DNA of 29,812 nucleotides from Gammaproteobacteria bacterium (GTDB lineage Bacteria; Pseudomonadota; Gammaproteobacteria; S012-40): NCBI GenBank assembly GCA_029857925.1, contig JAOUGF010000001.1, positions 1 to 29,812 of the forward strand, read 5' to 3'. Shown piece by piece: positions 25,985 to 29,812 of this stretch (position 1 is its first letter; each line of letters starts with the position of its first letter). The notes under the pieces were generated by a model. It saw only the letters and a program-made list of their open reading frames with translations, ran no database searches and was not told where the DNA came from. The position numbers and the translations under genes were made by a program.

Positions 25985-28081
25985 TTATCGTCCTTTGGGG
26001 CCGCGAGACATTACAATGGTTTCATCCAGTGAAGTTACTGCGTCTTCAATAGGTAAACTTTTTTTTGTAGGTTTCACGGAATTCATTTGCTGTTGCATCT
26101 CTGAACGCGACATAACCATGGTTTCGTCCAAATTCGCATCGCTACGCTCACCTTGCGGTGTGGTTATATTATGCGCTTGCATGCGCACAATTTCATCGCG
26201 CGATAGAACCATAGTGGCATCAAGACTCACATCAGCAGGTGGAGTTGCAGCACGATCACCCCTAACAGCGGAATTTGCATTTCGAGTCCAAGAATCCGAT
26301 CGAACGCTTTTGGCAACGGGCACACCAAGCGGAGCTATATCAATCTCTAGCTCTTGTAAGATCGCTAATAACTCTGCATCCGGGTCCACACTTTCGGAAA
26401 CAGAGGCGGCTTGTTGCTGCATGCTCAAGCACATAGCGATTTCTTCTCGCAGCTGTGCCAATATCGCAGAGTCTATTCCTGCGTATCTCCAATCCTTCTG
26501 TTCACTCAATAGACGCACTGCAACCAGTATCGCGCGTTGCCATTGTGAACTCGGTAAAGTTTCGTCGTCTTTAGGATAATAAAAGACGTTATTTCGAAAA
26601 AATTCAGGCCGATTAAAAAGTGTTTGTTGCATACCTGGGAGTGACATATTATCCGCTGTCGTGCCTAGGCTATTTTTAATGATTGAAATTATATCTCGGT
26701 GTTGTTGTTGGGAGTTTTCCAACAAACACTTCAGCCACAGTTCCCCCAGTGCCGATTGCCAAGTCAGCGCTACGGGAGACGTGGAAATCACAGACACGGC
26801 TATCTCAACCTGCACGTCAAAACTCGGGACTACACGCAATATTCTAAAATACTGTAAAAGAGGTGTATCTATCTTTTCCGCTGATTTAAGTTTCCATGCC
26901 CCATTTTTAATTTTTTCAGAAAATAAGAATTTCAAAACGCAGTCCGCAGGTAGTCCGTCCTCTTTTCGCAAAGTGATCGTTAATAGATCGCTTGCGTCAG
27001 GCGAGGTTAACTCAGGCGGTGGCAGCAGCGTCGCTTCCACCTCCGGTAGTTCCGCGGTACCCACTTTGGTTACTTGAAACTTTGCAGTAACACGTCTAAG
27101 TATTTTTTGGGGATGCGTGTTTGTATCCGTGCCTAACAACTGAATTTTGTTGGGCAGCTGAACTGTATAAAGCGGCGCATATCGGCTGCCAGCCACAGCA
27201 ACACGCGTAGCGTCTAATTCCGTCGTAGTTAATTTTTTGTTACCTTCATTTAGCGTTTGAATTGCAGCGACCACTGCGTCCAGTAATTTCAACTTTAAAT
27301 TTAATGTCGTTCGAGCATCCATGCCTTCAGTTGGCCATGGAGGAGTACAACCGCCAGTAAGCTCCGCTAGATTGGTTTGCGGTAAAGCCCCCCCTCCTAA
27401 CCATGTTGCAATTTCAGAGATACGCCAGGGTAAGTAGTCTTTATAGATTGGGACGTAGGGGGAAAAAGAAAATATCGCCAGACGCTGCAGTGCTTGTGGG
27501 TTTTCTGGTGCATAACAATTCTGATTCTCTTTACAATCTGCACACGCCCAATTGTCAGGAGATGCGGAATCACCGAAGACCCACTGACCCCAGTATCGTA
27601 CTAACGATACCGCGTCCGTAACCGACGTAGGCATATCTTGCGTCTTGTACTCCACGTATACGCCGCTATTCTCACCGCAATTTTTGCAGAAAATGTAACG
27701 TCCAAGCGGGAAACCCAGTGCGCTTGCGCGCGCTTCGTCAAAGTCACTCAGCGTGGATGCACAGGCTGGACACAGGATTGGGATTTCATAACCTTGATGC
27801 GTGCATACAAGAATGGGTGCTTCGCTGTTACTGTTAGATGAGGTTGCAAGTACGACGCTGAGCGTCTTCGCAAAGCCGGTGCCACACAAGGTCTGTACCA
27901 GACGGGTTTCGGCCAGTTCCTCGTCACCACCCTCGCCTATTATCTTACCTAGCCCGCCGACGTGTGACGCGACCACTCCCATACGCACACCCGGAATCGC
28001 GGCGAACGTAGTCGCGAGTTGAATGACTTTTGTGCTTCCCATAGATCGAGTACCTTCCCCCATGACCACTGCGTGCCGCAA
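25985..28081 (-). CDS. Uncharacterised T6SS-linked protein with a Cys-rich (putative Zn-binding) N-terminal region and three C-terminal Thr-centred repeats; start may be 28063 or 28042
   Basis: 698-aa ORF ending 2 nt before the next T6SS-operon gene. CPAC, CKNC and CADC(x5)C motifs; repeats LDATMVLSR, LDETMVMSR and LDETIVMSR. The ORF is well supported; the function is not. Confidence 0.75.
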   Translation of the reverse strand: MRHAVVMGEGTRSMGSTKVIQLATTFAAIPGVRMGVVASHVGGLGKIIGEGGDEELAETRLVQTLCGTGFAKTLSVVLATSSNSNSEAPILVCTHQGYEIPILCPACASTLSDFDEARASALGFPLGRYIFCKNCGENSGVYVEYKTQDMPTSVTDAVSLVRYWGQWVFGDSASPDNWACADCKENQNCYAPENPQALQRLAIFSFSPYVPIYKDYLPWRISEIATWLGGGALPQTNLAELTGGCTPPWPTEGMDARTTLNLKLKLLDAVVAAIQTLNEGNKKLTTTELDATRVAVAGSRYAPLYTVQLPNKIQLLGTDTNTHPQKILRRVTAKFQVTKVGTAELPEVEATLLPPPELTSPDASDLLTITLRKEDGLPADCVLKFLFSEKIKNGAWKLKSAEKIDTPLLQYFRILRVVPSFDVQVEIAVSVISTSPVALTWQSALGELWLKCLLENSQQQHRDIISIIKNSLGTTADNMSLPGMQQTLFNRPEFFRNNVFYYPKDDETLPSSQWQRAILVAVRLLSEQKDWRYAGIDSAILAQLREEIAMCLSMQQQAASVSESVDPDAELLAILQELEIDIAPLGVPVAKSVRSDSWTRNANSAVRGDRAATPPADVSLDATMVLSRDEIVRMQAHNITTPQGERSDANLDETMVMSRSEMQQQMNSVKPTKKSLPIEDAVTSLDETIVMSRGPKGR
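26003..26224 (-). repeat. Three copies of a 9-codon peptide repeat, LD[AE]T[MI]V[LM]SR
   Basis: Copies at 26198-26224, 26105-26131 and 26003-26029. They are conserved at protein level with diverged synonymous positions. Confidence 0.9.
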
Positions 28082-28108
28082 AGTTTCTTACCGTGACAGT
28101 CGTTTTAC

Positions 28109-28290
28109 TATAGGGAACCTCTCAGAATTCACTGAATCCGCGCTGACTGCGGTGCAAAGAGGCCTAAATTGTGGGTTCCCGCACTTTGTGTAAACTGCGC
28201 GTTTTCGCCATTTTTCGCCTTGCCATGCCCAAAGCACTTCGTGGCGCAGCCCCTCACCCGTCTTAATTGAAATTTTAACGGTTCCCTATA
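28109..28290. repeat. Perfect 11-bp inverted repeat pair enclosing 160 bp just upstream of the T6SS operon
   Basis: TATAGGGAACC at 28109-28119 and its reverse complement GGTTCCCTATA at 28280-28290. Confidence 0.85.
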
Positions 28291-28620
28291 TCAGTCCCTA
28301 AGCTTTCCACTCATGCAATTCAGCCCATCTATAATCAATTCTTATATCATGGTATTTAAGTTGTTGCAAATTCACTACTATCTACGCGATAAATTATACG
28401 GCAATCGAATGTCGTTGCATACCTTTTCTCGCCCATCAGTCATAACTGTCCGTAGTGGGTCTCCCAAAACACGCCAACGCGTGGCTTAGATTAGTTTAGG
28501 TATATGAAGTACTTATTAATAACCCCATGAAATAACTTTGAGATGCACAATTTAGCCAATATCAACGGCACCTTGAAAGGTGGCACGAATGCAGCCTTAC
28601 ATTAGTGTGTGAGGTAGTCT

Positions 28621-29574
28621 ATGCTTAAAACCGCGATAATTCTACTTTGTGTCCTTGCCTTAGACGGTCTGCTGCCCAAAATTTCTAGGTGGCGGCCTTT
28701 GTTTTGGTTAGAAAAATATACGGCGACCCTGGTTCGATATTTACAACCGTCACTCACGCTGAATGCCCCCCGTCGACATGTTTTACGCGGGTTATTCGCC
28801 CTTATATTGCAATTTTTCCCGATACTACCGATGGCATTGCTGTATTATGCGCAACCAGATCAGACCGGAATATTAGACTTAGTCTTATTGTATATCGTGT
28901 TTGACTATGTGCACCCTCGTCGCCAATTGCGGATATTGCACAACCATTTGATACAGGGTCAATTAGCCAAGGCTAAAGAGTATATACGCCCTTGGTTAAA
29001 ACGAGATCCCAGCCAGATGAGCGCACCCGAACTTGCCCGCACGACCCTTGAGAGTTATGCGATATCTCAATTTCGTAACATCTTCGGATTACTATTTTGG
29101 TTCATATTTTTTGGCGGATTGGGTGCCTGGGTATATTGGTTGTCTATGCAATTTGATCGTCAATGCGCAAAAAATGGAAAATCATTAACTTACTTTCGCG
29201 CGCCAGCGCAATGGGTGTGTGATTTCGCGGACTGGTTACCCGCACGCATCTTTGCGGTCACCGTACTTATTAGCAGTCGACCGCGCCATACTTGGCGTTG
29301 TTGGCGCACACAAGCGTGGCAGTGGCATACACCGGCTGAGCACCTCGTATTAGCCATCACAGGCGGGCGTCTTGGTCTCATGTTAGGTGGCCCCACGTTG
29401 GAATATGGATTATCGGTACCGCGACCCTATTTAGGTTTAGGCGATCCGGTAACAGCACGCGACCTGCGGCGCGTGGAGGGATTGATCAATCAATGTTTAT
29501 GGCGATGGGTTCTAACAGATATGTTCTTGGCTTGGGTGATTTACCAACCCTTCAATCTGGATGCGCCGGATTGA
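28621..29574 (+). CDS. CobD/CbiB-like (CobD/AmpE-related) membrane protein, divergent
   Basis: LARTTLESY...FRNIFGLLFWF, DWLPARI and GGRLGLMLGGP...RPYLGLG align by eye with the CobD/CbiB scaffold, but the EN..DG and NTLDSM.GY signatures are not retained. SD-like GAGG upstream. Confidence 0.65.
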   Translation: MLKTAIILLCVLALDGLLPKISRWRPLFWLEKYTATLVRYLQPSLTLNAPRRHVLRGLFALILQFFPILPMALLYYAQPDQTGILDLVLLYIVFDYVHPRRQLRILHNHLIQGQLAKAKEYIRPWLKRDPSQMSAPELARTTLESYAISQFRNIFGLLFWFIFFGGLGAWVYWLSMQFDRQCAKNGKSLTYFRAPAQWVCDFADWLPARIFAVTVLISSRPRHTWRCWRTQAWQWHTPAEHLVLAITGGRLGLMLGGPTLEYGLSVPRPYLGLGDPVTARDLRRVEGLINQCLWRWVLTDMFLAWVIYQPFNLDAPD

Positions 29575-29610
29575 TAGTAATGCAACAACCACGGAATCAT
29601 CGCCAGTGAA

Positions 29611-29812
29611 TTAGAATGATGCGAGCCATTCGACCGAATATGTTATCGCATGTCTGTTCTGTGGCATGTAATAGGCATACCTCACGCGTGCCCACAACGG
29701 GACGAAACTATAAAACAAGTGGAACGATGCATTCAATTCCGCGCCTGCGGTACTCAAATAAGGTTCCGAAGGATTCTGACCATGCCATACTTTCCCAGTA
29801 TCCAAATAGAAC
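29611..29812 (-). CDS. 3' end of an outer-membrane beta-barrel protein (BamA/TamA-like C-terminus); gene starts beyond the right edge
   Basis: The open frame continues to the edge: FYLDTGKVW...STAGAELNASFHLFYSFVPLWARVRYAYY...ITYSVEWLASF-stop. Alternating hydrophobic strands and a terminal Phe (beta-signal). Confidence 0.6.
   Translation of the reverse strand, partial: FYLDTGKVWHGQNPSEPYLSTAGAELNASFHLFYSFVPLWARVRYAYYMPQNRHAITYSVEWLASF

Larger units (their letters stand above)
7587..28081 (-). other. Type VI secretion system gene cluster (i1-like), 14 co-oriented genes
   Basis: Contiguous minus-strand tssJ, K, L, M, A, B, C, E, F, G, H plus a sigma54 activator and two upstream accessory genes. 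Most gaps are short or overlapping. Confidence 0.97.

Noticed and set aside
24957-26066. T8/A7 homopolymer runs in tssJ and the accessory genes
   Set aside because: They are short, encode Lys/Phe runs, and are unremarkable at this base composition; all frames are intact.
25995-27077. Antisense ORFs of 194 aa and 138 aa, the first with repeated ITMVSS-like words
   Set aside because: The repeats are the reverse-strand image of the LDETMVMSR repeats in the 698-aa gene; there is no independent coding evidence.
7587-28081. Possible horizontally acquired island
   Set aside because: No integrase, transposase, tRNA or flanking direct repeats were seen. Hand-sampled GC varied too much from line to line to support a compositional shift; a sliding-window GC/codon analysis would be needed.
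12005-28482. Shared 8-mer CAACGCGT in the tssG-tssH spacer and the operon upstream region
   Set aside because: An 8-mer match between regions of these sizes is expected by chance.
28580-28595. TGGCACGAATGCA upstream of the CobD-like gene, resembling a sigma54 promoter
   Set aside because: The GG-to-GC spacing is 7 nt instead of the strictly required 10.
1-29812. CRISPR arrays, tRNA/rRNA genes, IS elements, toxin-immunity pairs
   Set aside because: No regularly spaced repeats, cloverleaf or rRNA signatures, transposase motifs or effector-like ORFs were seen.

Overview
Window from a gammaproteobacterium-like chromosome (inferred from the housekeeping proteins and their order). The left part (1-7530) is housekeeping and envelope genes: rlmD (cut by the window edge), a PolB-type 3'-5' exonuclease, cysM, a free-standing BarA/GacS-like Hpt protein, galU, a VanZ-family gene, a WecA-type transferase and an APC amino-acid permease. 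From 7587 to 28081 is a single minus-strand type VI secretion system (T6SS) cluster. In transcription order it reads: 698-aa Cys-rich orphan, FHA-less TagH/Fha C-terminal-domain protein, tssJ-K-L-M-A-B-C-E-F-G-H, then a GAF-domain sigma54 activator. It has no hcp, vgrG, PAAR, effector, Ser/Thr kinase or phosphatase genes. The right end holds a divergent CobD/CbiB-like membrane protein and the 3' end of an outer-membrane beta-barrel gene. The best candidate for an undescribed system is the two-gene module heading the T6SS operon. One gene encodes a protein with three CxxC pairs and three C-terminal LD[AE]T[MI]V[LM]SR repeats; the other encodes an Fha-like protein without its phosphothreonine-reading FHA domain. 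Together they suggest a rebuilt, non-canonical T6SS control module. Other notable signals are an 11-bp inverted repeat bracketing the region just upstream of the operon, an NKFDE-motif GAF domain on the activator, an Asp-to-Asn change in a conserved WecA/MraY active-site motif, and the lone Hpt domain at the usual barA/gacS position. All family calls come from motif recognition by eye; no database searches were run.
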